Source: Balanoglossus misakiensis (lineage: Eukaryota; Animalia; Hemichordata). Taken from it: 64,000 nucleotides of DNA. The translations under genes were made by a program, and so were the position numbers. Where the stretch lies: the NCBI GenBank assembly GCA_040954595.2, contig CM082585.2:1240318-1304317 (forward strand). Reading direction: 5' to 3'. The notes beneath the pieces are model-generated. The model did not search any database and had not been told where the DNA came from. It saw nothing but the letters and a program-made list of their open reading frames with translations. Positions 49,601 to 64,000 of this stretch are shown piece by piece (positions within the stretch are counted from its first letter, which is position 1; every line of letters starts with the position of its first letter).

Positions 49601-52600
49601 AGAGTCTAGTGGAAAACTTTCTTATGCGCATAGGCCTCTCTATGTGTTCTGCGCATCACAACAGAATTTTGTAAACAAACGATGCTTTGTTTGGAAGCAA
49701 CCATGGAAATTTTAGAACTATCCGTCGATCTACGGAGTCTAGTGGAAAAATTTCTTATGCGCAAAGGCATATGTATGTGTTCTACGCATCACAACAGAAT
49801 TCGGTAAATAAACGAGGCTGTTTGGAAACAACCATGGAAATTTTACAACTATCCGTCGATCTACAGAGTCTGGTGGAAAAGTTTCTTTTGCGCATAGGCC
49901 TATTACGTGTTCTGCGCCTCACAACAGAATTCGGTAAATAAACGAGGCTGTTTGGAAGCAACCATGGAAATTTTAGAACTATCCGTCGATCTACAGAGTC
50001 TAGTCGAAAACGTTCTTATGCGCATAGGCCTATCTATGTATTATGCGCATCACAACAGAAACCGCTAAATAAACGAGGCTGTATTTGGAAGCAACCATGT
50101 AAATTTTACAACTATCCGTCGATCTACAGAGTCTGGTGGAAAACTTTCTTATGCGCATAGGCCTATTACGTGTTCTGCGCCTCACAACAGAATTCGGTAA
50201 ATAAACGAGGCTGTTTGGAAGCAACCATGGAAATTTTAGAACTATCCGTCGATCTACAGAGTCTAGTCGAAAACGTTCTTATGCGCATAGGCCTATCTAT
50301 GTATTATGCGCATCACAACAGAAACCGCTAAATAAACGAGGCTGTATTTGGAAGCAACCATGTAAATTTTACAACTATCCGTCGATCTACAGAGTCTGGT
50401 GGAAAACTTTCTTATGCGCATAGGCCTATTACGTGTTCTGCGCCTAACAACAGAATTCGGTAAATAAACGAGGCTGTTTGGAAGCAACCATGGAAATTTT
50501 AGAACTATCCGTCGATCTACAGAGTCTAATGGAAAAATGTCTTATGCGCATAGGCCTATCATGTGTTCTGCGCCTCACAACAGAATTCCGTAAATAAACG
50601 AGGCTGTTTGGAAGCAACCGTGGAAATTTTAGAACTATCTCTCGATCTACAGAGTATAGTGGAAAACTTTCATATGCGCATAGGCCTATCTATGTGTTAT
50701 GCGCCTCACAACAGAATTCCGTAAATAAACGAGGCTGTTTGGAAGCAAACATGGAAATTTTAGAACTATCTGTCGATCTACAGAGTATAGTGGAAAACGT
50801 TCATATGCGCATAGGCCTATCTATGTGTTATGCGCATCACAACAGAATTTTGTAAACAAACGAAGCGGAGTTTGGAAGCAACCATGGAAATTTTAGAACT
50901 ATCTCTCGATCTACAGAGTATAGTGGAAAACGTTCATTTGCGCATAGGCCTATCTATGTGTTCTGCGCGTCACAACAGAATTTTGTAAACAAACGATGCT
51001 TTGTTTGGAAGCAACCATGGAAATTTAAGAACTATCCATCGATCTACAGAGTCTATAGTGGAAAACTTTCTTATGCACATATGCCTATCTATGTGTTCTG
51101 CGCCTCAAAACAGAATTCCGTAAATAAAAGAGGCTGTTTGGAAGCAAACATGGAAATTCAAGAACTATCTCTCGATCTACAGAGTATAGTGGAAAACGTT
51201 CATATGCGCATAGGCCTATCATGTGTTATGCACATCACAACAGAATTTTGTAAACAAACGAGGCTTTGTTTGGAAGCAACAATGGAAATTTTAGAACTAT
51301 CTGTCGATCTACTGAGTATAGTGGAAAACGTTCATATGCGCATAGGCCTATATATGTGTTCTGCGCATCACAACAGAATTTTGTAAACAATCGAGGATGT
51401 GTTTGGAAGCAACAATGGAAATTTTAGAACTATCCGTCGATCTACGGAGTATAGTGGAAAACGTTCATATGCGCATAGGCCTATATATGTGTTCTGCGCA
51501 TCACAACAGAATTTTGTAAACAAACGAGGCTTTGTTTGGAAGCAACAATGGAAATTTTAGAACTATCTCTCGATCTACAGAGTATAGTGGAAAACGTTCT
51601 TATGCGCATAGGCCTCTCTATGTGTTCTGCGCATCACAACAGAATTTTGTAAACAAACGATGCTTTGTTTGGAAGCAACCATGGAAATTTTAGAACTATC
51701 CGTCGATCTACGGAGTCTAGTGGAAAAATTTCTTATGCGCATAGGCATATGTATGTGTTCTACGCATCACAACAGAATTCGGTAAATAAACGAGGCTGTT
51801 TGGAAACAACCATGGAAATTTTACAACTATCCGTCGATCTACAGAGTCTGGTGGAAAAGTTTCTTATGCGCATAGGCCTATTACGTGTTCTGCGCCTCAC
51901 AACAGAATTCGGTAAATAAACGAGGCTGTTTGGAAGCAACCATGGAAATTTTAGAACTATCCGTCGATCTACAGAGTCTAGTGGAAAACGTTCTTATGCG
52001 CATAGGCCTATCTATGTATTATGCGCATCACAACATAATTTTGTAAACAAACGAGGATGTGTTTGGAAGCAACCATGGAAATTTTAGAAATATCCGTCGA
52101 TATACAGAGACTAGTGGAAAACGTTCTTATGCGCATAGGCCTCTCTATGTGTTCTGCGCATCACAACAGAATTTTGTAAACAAACGATGCTTTGTTTGGA
52201 AGCAACCATGGAAATTTTAGAACTATCCGTCGATCTACGGAGTCTAGTGGAAAAATTTCTTATGCGCATAGGCATATGTATGTGTTCTACGCATCACAAC
52301 AGAATTCCGTAAATAAACGAGGCTGTTTGGAAGCAACCGTGGAAATTTTAGAACTATCTCTCGATCTACAGAGTATAGTGGAAAACGTTCATATGCGCAT
52401 AGGCCTATCTATGTGTTATGCGCCTCACAACAGAATTCCGTAAATAAACGAGGCTGTTTGGAAGCAAACATGGAAATTTTAGAACTATCTGTCGATCTAC
52501 AGAGTATAGTGGAAAACGTTCATATGCGCATAGGCCTATCTATGTGTTATGCGCATCACAACAGAATTTTGTAAACAAACGAAGCGGAGTTTGGAAGCAA

Positions 52601-55600
52601 CCATGGAAATTTTAGAACTATCTCTCGATCTACAGAGTATAGTGGAAAACGTTCATTTGCGCATAGGCCTATCTATGTGTTCTGCGCGTCACAACAGAAT
52701 TTTGTAAACAAACGATGCTTTGTTTGGAAGCAACCATGGAAATTTAAGAACTATCCATCGATCTACAGAGTCTATAGTGGAAAACTTTCTTATGCACATA
52801 TGCCTATCTATGTGTTCTGCGCCTCAAAACAGAATTCCGTAAATAAAAGAGGCTGTTTGGAAGCAAACATGGAAATTCAAGAACTATCTCTCGATCTACA
52901 GAGTATAGTGGAAAACGTTCATATGCGCATAGGCCTATCATGTGTTATGCACATCACAACAGAATTTTGTAAACAAACGAGGCTTTGTTTGGAAGCAACA
53001 ATGGAAATTTTAGAACTATCTGTCGATCTACTGAGTATAGTGGAAAACGTTCATATGCGCATAGGCCTATATATGTGTTCTGCGCATCACAACAGAATTT
53101 TGTAAACAATCGAGGATGTGTTTGGAAGCAACAATGGAAATTTTAGAACTATCCGTCGATCTACGGAGTATAGTGGAAAACGTTCATATGCGCATAGGCC
53201 TATATATGTGTTCTGCGCATCACAACAGAATTTTGTAAACAAACGAGGCTTTGTTTGGAAGCAACAATGGAAATTTTAGAACTATCTCTCGATCTACAGA
53301 GTATAGTGGAAAACGTTCTTATGCGCATAGGCCTCTCTATGTGTTCTGCGCATCACAACAGAATTTTGTAAACAAACGATGCTTTGTTTGGAAGCAACCA
53401 TGGAAATTTTAGAACTATCCGTCGATCTACGGAGTCTAGTGGAAAAATTTCTTATGCGCATAGGCATATGTATGTGTTCTACGCATCACAACAGAATTCG
53501 GTAAATAAACGAGGCTGTTTGGAAACAACCATGGAAATTTTACAACTATCCGTCGATCTACAGAGTCTGGTGGAAAAGTTTCTTATGCGCATAGGCCTAT
53601 TACGTGTTCTGCGCCTCACAACAGAATTCGGTAAATAAACGAGGCTGTTTGGAAGCAACCATGGAAATTTTAGAACTATCCGTCGATCTACAGAGTCTAG
53701 TGGAAAACGTTCTTATGCGCATAGGCCTATCTATGTATTATGCGCATCACAACATAATTTTGTAAACAAACGAGGATGTGTTTGGAAGCAACCATGGAAA
53801 TTTTAGAAATATCCGTCGATCTACGGAGTATAGTGGAAAACGTTCATATGCGCATAGGCCTATATATGTGTTCTGCGCATCACAACAGAATTTTGTAAAC
53901 AAACGAGGCTTTGTTTGGAAGCAACAATGGAAATTTTAGAACTATCTCTCGATCTACAGAGTATAGTGGAAAACGTTCTTATGCGCATAGGCCTCTCTAT
54001 GTGTTCTGCGCATCACAACAGAATTTTGTAAACAAACGATGCTTTGTTTGGAAGCAACCATGGAAATTTTAGAACTATCCGTCGATCTACGGAGTCTAGT
54101 GGAAAAATTTCTTATGCGCATAGGCATATGTATGTGTTCTACGCATCACAACAGAATTCGGTAAATAAACGAGGCTGTTTGGAAACAACCATGGAAATTT
54201 TAGAACTATCCGTCGATCTACGGAGTATAGTGGAAAACGTTCATATGCGCATAGGCCTATATATGTGTTCTGCGCATCACAACAGAATTTTGTAAACAAA
54301 CGAGGCTTTGTTTGGAAGCAACAATGGAAATTTTAGAACTATCTCTCGATCTACAGAGTATAGTGGAAAACGTTCTTATGCGCATAGGCCTCTCTATGTG
54401 TTCTGCGCATCACAACAGAATTTTGTAAACAAACGATGCTTTGTTTGGAAGCAACCATGGAAATTTTAGAACTATCCGTCGATCTACGGAGTCTAGTGGA
54501 AAAATTTCTTATGCGCATAGGCATATGTATGTGTTCTACGCATCACAACAGAATTCGGTAAATAAACGAGGCTGTTTGGAAACAACCATGGAAATTTTAC
54601 AACTATCCGTCGATCTACAGAGTCTGGTGGAAAAGTTTCTTATGCACATAGGCCTATTACGTGTTCTGCGCCTCACAACAGAATTCGGTAAATAAACGAG
54701 GCTGTTTGGAAGCAACCATGGAAATTTTAGAACTATCCGTCGATCTACAGAGTCTAGTGGAAAACGTTCTTATGCGCATAGGCCTATCTATGTATTATGC
54801 GCATCACAACATAATTTTGTAAACAAACGAGGATGTGTTTGGAAGCAACCATGGAAATTTTAGAACTATCCGTCGATATACAGAGACTAGTGGAAAACGT
54901 TCTTATGCGCATAGGCCTCTCTATGTGTTCTGCGCATCACAACAGAATTTTGTAAACAAACGATGCTTTGTTTGGAAGCAACCATGGAAATTTTAGAACT
55001 ATCCGTCGATCTACGGAGTCTAGTGGAAAAATTTCTTATGCGCATAGGCATATGTATGTGTTCTACGCATCACAACAGAATTTGGTAAATAAACGAGGCT
55101 GTTTGGAAGCAACCATGGAAATTTTATAACTATCCGTCGATTTACAGAGTCTAGTGGAAAACGTTCTTATGCGCATAGGCCTATCTATGTATTATGCGCA
55201 TCACAACAGAAATCGCTAAATAAACGAGGCTGTATTTGGAAGCAACCATGTAAATTTTACAACTATCCGTCGATCTACAGAGTCTGGTGGAAAACTTTCT
55301 TATGCGCACAGGCCTATTACGTGTTCTGCGCCTAACAACAGAATTCGGTAAATAAACGAGGCTGTTTGGAAGCAACCATGGAAATTTAAGAACTATCCGT
55401 CGATCTACAGAGACTATAGTGGAAAAATGTTTTATGCGCATAGGCCTATCATGTGTTATGCACATCACAACAGAATTTTGTAAAGAAACGAGGCTTTGTT
55501 TGGAAGCAACAATTGAAATTTTAGAACTATCTCTCGATCTACGGAGTATAGTGGAAAACGTTCATATGCGCATAGGCCTATCTATGTGTTCTGAGCATCA

Positions 55601-58600
55601 CAACAGAATTTTGTAAACAATCGAGGATGTGTTTGGAAGCAATCATGGAAATTTTAGAACTATCCGTCGATCTACAGAGTCTAGTGGGAAACTTTCTTAT
55701 GCGCATAGGCATATGTATGTGTTCAGCGCATCACAACAGAATTTTGTAAATGAACGAGGCTGTGTTTGGAAACAACCATGGAAATTTTAGAACTTTCTCT
55801 CGATCTACAGAGTCTAGTGGAAAACGTTCTTATGCGCATAGGCGTATCTATGTGTTATGCGCATCACAACAGAAATCGGTAAATAAACGAGGCTGTATTT
55901 GGAAGCAACCATGTAAATTTTACAACTATCCGTCGATCTACAGAGTTTGGTGGAAAACTTTCTTATGCGCATAGGCCTATTACGTGTTCTGCGCCTAACA
56001 ACAGAATTCGGTAAATAAACGAGGCTGTTTGGAAACAACCATGGAAATTTTAGAACTATCCGTCGATCTACAGAGTCTAGTGGAAAAACGTTCATGTGCG
56101 CATAGGCCTATCATGTGTTATGCACATCACAACAAAATTTTGTAAACAAACGAGGCTTTGTTTGGAAGCAACAATGGAAATTTTAGAACTATCTGTCGAT
56201 CTACGGAGTATAGTGGAAAACGTTCATATGCGCATAGGCCTATATATGTGTTCTGCGCATCACAACAGAATTTTGTAAACAATCGAGGATGTGTTTGGAA
56301 GCAATCATGGAAATTTTAGAACTATCCGTCGATCTACAGAGTCTATAGTGGAAAACTTTCTTATGCACATATGCCTATCTATGTGTTCTGCGCCTCAAAA
56401 CAGAATTCCGTAAATAAACGAGGCTGTTTGGAAGCAAACATGGAAATTCTAGAACTATCTCTCGATCTACAGAGTCTAGTGGAAAACGTTCATATATGCG
56501 CATAGGCCTATCATGTGTTATGCACATCACAACAGAATTTTGTAAACAAACGAGGCTTTGTTTGGAAGCAACAATGGAAATTTTAGAACTATCTGTCGAT
56601 CTACGGAGTATAGTGGAAAACGTTCATATGCGCATAGGCCTATATATGTGTTCTGCGCATCACAACAGAATTTTGTAAACAATCGAGGCTTTGTTTGGAA
56701 GCAACAATGGAAATTTTAGAACTATCTGTCGATCTACGGAGTATAGTGGAAAACGTTCATATGCGCATAGGCCTATATATGTGTTCTGCGCATCACAACA
56801 GAATTTTGTAAACAAACGAGGCTTTGTTTGGAAGCAACAATGGAAATTTTAGAACTATCTCTCGATCTACAGAGTATAGTGGAAAACGTTCTTATGCGCA
56901 TAGGCCTATCATGTGTTATGCACATCACAACAGAATTTTGTAAACAATCGAGGATGTGTTTGGAAGCAATCATGGAAATTTTAGAACTATCCGTCGATCT
57001 ACAGAGTCTAGTGGGAAACTTTCTTATGCGCATAGGCATATGTATGTGTTCAGCGCATCACAACAGAATTTTGTAAATGAACGAGGCTGTGTTTGGAAAC
57101 AACCATGGAAATTTTAGAACTATCTCTCGATCTACAGAGTCTAGTGTAAAACTTTATTATGCACATAGGCCTATCTATGTATTATGCGCATCACAACAGA
57201 AATCGCTAAATAAACGAGGCTGTATTTGGAAGCAACCATGTAAATTTTACAACTATCCGTCGATCTACAGAGTCTGGTGGAAAACTTTCTTATGCGCATA
57301 GGCCTATTACGTGTTCTGCGCCTAACAACAGAATTCGGTAAATAAACGAGGCTGTTTGGAAGCAACCATGGAAATTTTTGAACTATCCGTCGATCTACAG
57401 AGTCTAGTGGAAAAATGTCTTATGCGCATAGGCCTATCGTGTGTTCTGCGCCTCACAACATAATTCCGTAAATAAACGAGGCTGTTTGGAAGCAACCGTG
57501 GAAATTTTAGAACTATCTCTCGATCTACAGAGTATAGTGGAAAACGTTCATATGCGCATAGGCCTATCATGTGTTATGCACATCACAACATAATTTTGTA
57601 AACAAACGAGGCTTTGTTTGGAAGCAACCGTGGAAATTTTAGAACTATCTCTCGATCTACAGAGTATAGTGGAAAACGTTCATATGCGCATAGGCCTATC
57701 ATGTGTTATGCACATCACAACATAATTTTGTAAACAAACGAGGCTTTGTTTGGAAGCAACATTGGAAATTTTAGAACTATCTGTCGATCTACGGAGTATA
57801 GTGGAAAACGTTCATATATGCGCATAGGCCTATATATGTGTTCTGCGCATCACAACAGAATTTTGTAAATGAACGAGGCTGTGTTTGGAAACAACCATGG
57901 AAATTTTAGAACTATCTCTCGATCTACAGAGTATAGTGGAAAACGTTCATATGCGCATAGGCCTATCATGTGTTATGCACATCACAACATAATTTTGTAA
58001 ACAAACGAGGCTTTGTTTGGAAGCAACATTGGAAATTTTAGAACTATCTGTCGATCTACGGAGTATAGTGGAAAACGTTCATATGCGCATAGGCCTATAT
58101 ATGTGTTCTGCGCATCACAACAGAATTTTGTAAACAATCGAGGATGTGTTTGGAAGCAATCATGGAAATTTTAGAACTATCCGTCGATCTACAGAATCTA
58201 GTGGGAAACTTTCTTATGCGCATAGGCATATGTATGTGTTCAGCGCATCACAACAGAATTTTGTAAATGAACGAGGCTGTGTTTGGAAACAACCATGGAA
58301 ATTTTAGAACAATCTCTCGATATAAAGTTGAAAAGTTTCTTATGCGCATAGGCCTATTACGTGTTCTGCGCCTCACAACAGAATTCGGTAAATAAACGAG
58401 GCTGTTTGGAAGCAACAATGGAAATTTTAGAACTATCTGTCGATCTACGGAGTATAGTGGAAAACGTTCATATGCGCATAGGCCTATATATGTGTTCTGC
58501 GCATCACAACAGAATTTTGTAAACAATCGAGGCTTTGTTTGGAAGCAACAATGGAAACTTTAGAACTATCCGTCGATCTACAGAGTCTATAGTGGAAAAC

Positions 58601-61600
58601 TTTCTTATGCACATATGCCTATCTATGTGTTCTGCGCCTCAAAACAGAATTCCGTAAATAAACGAGGCTGTTTGGAAGCAAACATGGAAATTCTAGAACT
58701 ATCTCTCGATCTACAGAGTATAGTGGAAAACGTTCATATGCGCATAGGCCTATCATGTGTTATGCACATCACAACAGAATTTTGTAAACAAACGAGGCTT
58801 TGTTTGGAAGCAACAATGGAAATTTTAGAGCTATCTGTCGATCTACAGAGTATAGTGGAAAACGTTCATATGCGCATAGGCCTATATATGTGTTCTGCGC
58901 ATCACAACAGAATTTTGTAAACAAACGAGGATGTGTTTGGAAGCAACAATGGAAATTTTAGAACTATCCGTCGATCTACGGAGTATAGTGGAAAACGTTC
59001 ATATGCGCATAGGCCTATATATGTGTTCTGCGCATCACAACAGAATTTTGTAAACAAACGAGGCTTTGTTTGGAAACAACCATGGAAATTTTAGAACTAT
59101 CTCTCGATCTACAGAGTCTAGTGTAAAACTTTATTATGCACATAGGCCTATCTATGTATTATGCGCATCACAACAGAAATCGCTAAATAAACGAGGCTGT
59201 ATTTGGAAGCAACCATGTAAATTTTACAACTATCCGTCGATCTACAGAGTCTGGTGGAAAACTTTCTTATGCGCATAGGCCTATTACGTGTTCTGCGCCT
59301 AACAACAGAATTCGGTAAATAAACGAGGCTGTTTGGAAGCAACCATGGAAATTTTTGAACTATCCGTCGATCTACAGAGTCTAGTGGAAAAATGTCTTAT
59401 GCGCATAGGCCTATCGTGTGTTCTGCGCCTCACAACATAATTCCGTAAATAAACGAGGCTGTTTGGAAGCAACAATGGAAACTTTAGAACTATCCGTCGA
59501 TCTACAGAGTCTATAGTGGAAAACTTTCTTATGCACATATGCCTATCTATGTGTTCTGCGCCTCAAAACAGAATTCCGTAAATAAACGAGGCTGTTTGGA
59601 AGCAAACATGGAAATTCTAGAACTATCTCTCGATCTACAGAGTATAGTGGAAAACGTTCATATGCGCATAGGCCTATCATGTGTTATGCACATCACAACA
59701 GAATTTTGTAAACAAACGAGGCTTTGTTTGGAAGCAACAATGGAAATTTTAGAGCTATCTGTCGATCTACGGAGTATAGTGGAAAACGTTCATATGCGCA
59801 TAGGCCTATATATGTGTTCTGCGCATCACAACAGAATTTTGTAAACAAACGAGGATGTGTTTGGAAGCAACAATGGAAATTTTAGAACTATCCGTCGATC
59901 TACGGAGTATAGTGGAAAACGTTCATATGCGCATAGGCCTATATATGTGTTCTGCGCATCACAACAGAATTTTGTAAACAAACGAGGCTTTGTTTGGAAG
60001 CAACAATGGAAATTTTAGAACTATCTCTCGATCTACTGAGTATAGTGGAAAACGTTCATATGCGCATAGGCCTATCATGTGTTATGCACATCACAACATA
60101 ATTTTGTAAACAAACGAGGCTTTGTTTGGAAGCAACCGTGGAAATTTTAGAACTATCTCTCGATCTACAGAGTATAGTGGAAAACGTTCATATGCGCATA
60201 GGCCTATCATGTGTTATGCACATCACAACATAATTTTGTAAACAAACGAGGCTTTGTTTGGAAGCAACCGTGGAAATTTTAGAACTATCTCTCGATCTAC
60301 AGAGTATAGTGGAAAACGTTCATATGCGCATATGCTATCATGTGTTATGCACATCACAACATAATTTTGTAAATAAACGAGGCTGTTTGGAAGCAAACAT
60401 GGAAATTCTAGAACTATCTCTCGATCTACAGAGTATAGTGGAAAACGTTCATATGCGCATAGGCCTATCATGTGTTATGCACATCACAACAGAATTTTGT
60501 AAACAAACGAGGCTTTGTTTGGAAGCAACAATGGAAATTTTAGAGCTATCTGTCGATCTACAGAGTATAGTGGAAAACGTTCATATGCGCATAGGCCTAT
60601 ATATGTGTTCTGCGCATCACAACAGAATTTTGTAAACAAACGAGGATGTGTTTGGAAGCAACAATGGAAATTTTAGAACTATCCGTCGATCTACGGAGTA
60701 TAGTGGAAAACGTTCATATGCGCATAGGCCTATATATGTGTTCTGCGCATCACAACAGAATTTTGTAAACAAACGAGGCTTTGTTTGGAAACAACCATGG
60801 AAATTTTAGAACTATCTCTCGATCTACAGAGTCTAGTGTAAAACTTTATTATGCACATAGGCCTATCTATGTATTATGCGCATCACAACAGAAATCGCTA
60901 AATAAACGAGGCTGTATTTGGAAGCAACCATGTAAATTTTACAACTATCCGTCGATCTACAGAGTCTGGTGGAAAACTTTCTTATGCGCATAGGCCTATT
61001 ACGTGTTCTGCGCCTAACAACAGAATTCGGTAAATAAACGAGGCTGTTTGGAAGCAACCATGGAAATTTTTGAACTATCCGTCGATCTACAGAGTCTAGT
61101 GGAAAAATGTCTTATGCGCATAGGCCTATCGTGTGTTCTGCGCCTCACAACATAATTCCGTAAATAAACGAGGCTGTTTGGAAGCAACAATGGAAACTTT
61201 AGAACTATCCGTCGATCTACAGAGTCTATAGTGGAAAACTTTCTTATGCACATATGCCTATCTATGTGTTCTGCGCCTCAAAACAGAATTCCGTAAATAA
61301 ACGAGGCTGTTTGGAAGCAAACATGGAAATTCTAGAACTATCTCTCGATCTACAGAGTATAGTGGAAAACGTTCATATGCGCATAGGCCTATCATGTGTT
61401 ATGCACATCACAACAGAATTTTGTAAACAAACGAGGCTTTGTTTGGAAGCAACAATGGAAATTTTAGAGCTATCTGTCGATCTACGGAGTATAGTGGAAA
61501 ACGTTCATATGCGCATAGGCCTATATATGTGTTCTGCGCATCACAACAGAATTTTGTAAACAAACGAGGATGTGTTTGGAAGCAACAATGGAAATTTTAG

Positions 61601-64000
61601 AACTATCCGTCGATCTACGGAGTATAGTGGAAAACGTTCATATGCGCATAGGCCTATATATGTGTTCTGCGCATCACAACAGAATTTTGTAAACAAACGA
61701 GGCTTTGTTTGGAAGCAACAATGGAAATTTTAGAACTATCTCTCGATCTACTGAGTATAGTGGAAAACGTTCATATGCGCATAGGCCTATCATGTGTTAT
61801 GCACATCACAACATAATTTTGTAAACAAACGAGGCTTTGTTTGGAAGCAACCGTGGAAATTTTAGAACTATCTCTCGATCTACAGAGTATAGTGGAAAAC
61901 GTTCATATGCGCATAGGCCTATCATGTGTTATGCACATCACAACATAATTTTGTAAACAAACGAGGCTTTGTTTGGAAGCAACCGTGGAAATTTTAGAAC
62001 TATCTCTCGATCTACAGAGTATAGTGGAAAACGTTCATATGCGCATATGCTATCATGTGTTATGCACATCACAACATAATTTTGTAAACAAACGAGGCTT
62101 TGTTTGGAAGCAACATTGGAAATTTTAGAACTATCTGTCGATCTACGGAGTATAGTGGAAAACGTTCATATGCGCATAGGCCTATATATGTGTTCTGCGC
62201 ATCACAACAGAATTTTGTAAATGAACGAGGCTGTGTTTGGAAACAACCATGGAAATTTTAGAACTATCTCTCGATCTACAGTGTATAGTGGAAAACGTTC
62301 ATATGCGCATAGGCCTATCATGTGTTATGCACATCACAACATAATTTTGTAAACAAACGAGGCTTTGTTTGGAAGCAACCGTGGAAATTTTAGAACTATC
62401 TCTCGATCTACAGAGTATAGTGGAAAACGTTCATATGCGCATAGGCCTATATATGTGTTCTGCGCATCACAACATAATTTTGTAAACAATCGAGGATGTG
62501 TTTGGAAGCAATCATGGAAATTTTAGAACTATCCGTCGATCTACAGAGTCTAGTGGGAAACTTTCTTATGCGCATAGGCATATGTATGTGTTCAGCGCAT
62601 CACAACAGAATTTTGTAAATGAACGAGGCTGTGTTTGGAAACAACCATGGAAATTTTAGAACTATCTCTCGATCTACAGAGTCTAGTGGAAAACTTTATT
62701 ATGCACATTTGCCTATCTATGTATTATGCGCATCACAACAGAAATCGGTAAATAAACGAGGCTGTATTTGGAAGCAACCATGTAAATTTTACAACTATCC
62801 GTCGATCTACAGAGTCTGGTGGAAAACTTTCTTATGCGCATAGGCCTATTACGTGTTCTGCGCCTCACAACAGAAATCGGTAAATAAACGAGGCTGTTTG
62901 GAAGCAACCATGTAAATTTTAGAACTATCCGTCGATCTACAGAGTCTAGTGGAAAAACGTTCATGTGCGCATAGGCCTATCATGTGTTATGCACATCACA
63001 ACAGAATTTTGTAAACAAACGAGGCTTTGTTTGGAAGCAACAATGGAAATTTTAGAACTATCTGTCGATCTACGGAGTATAGTGGAAAACGTTCATATGC
63101 GCATAGGCCTATATATGTGTTCTGCGCATCACAACAGAATTTTGTAAACAATCGAGGATGTGTTTGGAAGCAATCATGGAAATTTTAGAACTATCCGTCG
63201 ATCTACAGAGTCTAGTGGGAAACTTTATTATGCGCATAGGCCTATTACGTGCTCTGCGCCTCACAACAGAATTCGGTAAATAAACGAGGCTGTTTGGAAG
63301 CAACCATGGAAATTTTAGAACTATCCGTCGATCTACAGAGTCTAGTGGAAAAATGTCTTATGCGCATAGGCCTATCATGTGTTCTGCGCCTTAAAACAGA
63401 AATCGGTAAATAAACGAGGCTGTTTGGAAGCAACCATGGAAATTGTACAACTATCTGTCGATCTACATAGTCTAGTGGAAAACGTTCTTATGCGCATAGG
63501 CCTATCTATGTGTTATGCGCATCACAACAGAAATCGGTAAATAAACGAGGCTGTATTTGGAAGCAATCATGAAATTTTACAACTATCCGTCGATCTACAG
63601 AGTCTGGTGGAAAACTTCCTTATGCGCATAGACCTATTACGTGTTCTGCGCCTCACAACAGAATTCGGTAAATAAACGATGCTGTTTGGAAGCAACCATG
63701 GAAATTGTACAACTATCCGTCGATCTACAGAGTCTAGTGGAAAACGTTCTTATGCGCATAGGCCTATCTATGTGTTATGCGCATCACAACAGAAATCGGT
63801 AAATAAACGAGGCTGTGTTTGGAAGCATCCACGGACATTTTAGAACTATCTCTCGATCTACAGAGTCTATAGTGGAAAACTTTCTTATGCACATATGCCT
63901 ATCTATGTGTTCTGCGCCTCACAACAGAAATCGGTAAATAAACGAGGCTGTTTAAAAGCAACCATGGAAATTTTACAGCTATCCGTCGATCTACAGAGTC
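25613..64000. repeat. 130-133-bp satellite DNA array (~290 monomers in the window, continues past the end) with higher-order repeats
   Basis: Consensus is TGGAAGCAACCATGGAAATTTTAGAACTATCCGTCGATCTACAGAGTCTAGTGGAAAACGTTCTTATGCGCATAGGCCTATCTATGTGTTCTGCGCATCACAACAGAATTTTGTAAACAAACGAGGATGTGTT. Monomers start at 25613, 25746, 25879, 26012, 26145, 26278, 26409, 26539 and onward. The 5-mer HOR is 660 bp (131+130+133+133+133) and the 4-mer is 527 bp. Confidence 0.99.

Noticed and set aside
25613-64000. Dozens of near-identical 60-140 aa ORFs (MFGSNHGNF..., MESFPLD...)
   Set aside because: These are translations of satellite monomers of 130-133 bp; the frame shifts in almost every monomer and no domain is recognisable.
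25613-64000. CRISPR-like or tandem ncRNA (5S/tRNA/snRNA) array
   Set aside because: Units are homologous along their full length with no unique spacers, and there are no cas genes. I recognised no 5S, tRNA or snRNA sequence or Pol III A/B boxes.

Overview
AT-rich, repeat-dominated eukaryotic DNA; the element repertoire fits a marine invertebrate, but the taxon is an inference. About 75% of the window is two satellite arrays: a 78-bp A/T-tract satellite (4671-13591, ~114 copies) and a 130-133-bp satellite with layered higher-order repeats (25613 to the window end, ~290 copies). Nearly all ORF-track entries are spurious translations of these arrays. The only clean coding segment is missing from the ORF track: a stop-free minus-strand exon (718 to <1) encoding a herpesvirus-large-tegument-like deubiquitinase domain (peptidase C76/VTD; GSFHQG...GRQCTCNALAFL...LDHILHAGDNLY...DELP). 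It lies downstream of, and co-oriented with, a Helentron/HINE-type 5' terminus at 4670, with a 4 x 239-bp array in between. This is best read as the 5' part of a DUB-carrying Helentron inserted at a TT site of the 78-bp satellite. Between the two satellites lies a pile of decayed elements: a second HINE 5' end, a palindromic MITE-like unit, a Gypsy integrase tail, a Ngaro/DIRS-type tyrosine-recombinase retrotransposon, a 5'-truncated Tx1/L1-like LINE with a 14-bp TSD and an A27 tail, and an Academ-like 3' end. I found no CRISPR array, tRNA or rRNA.
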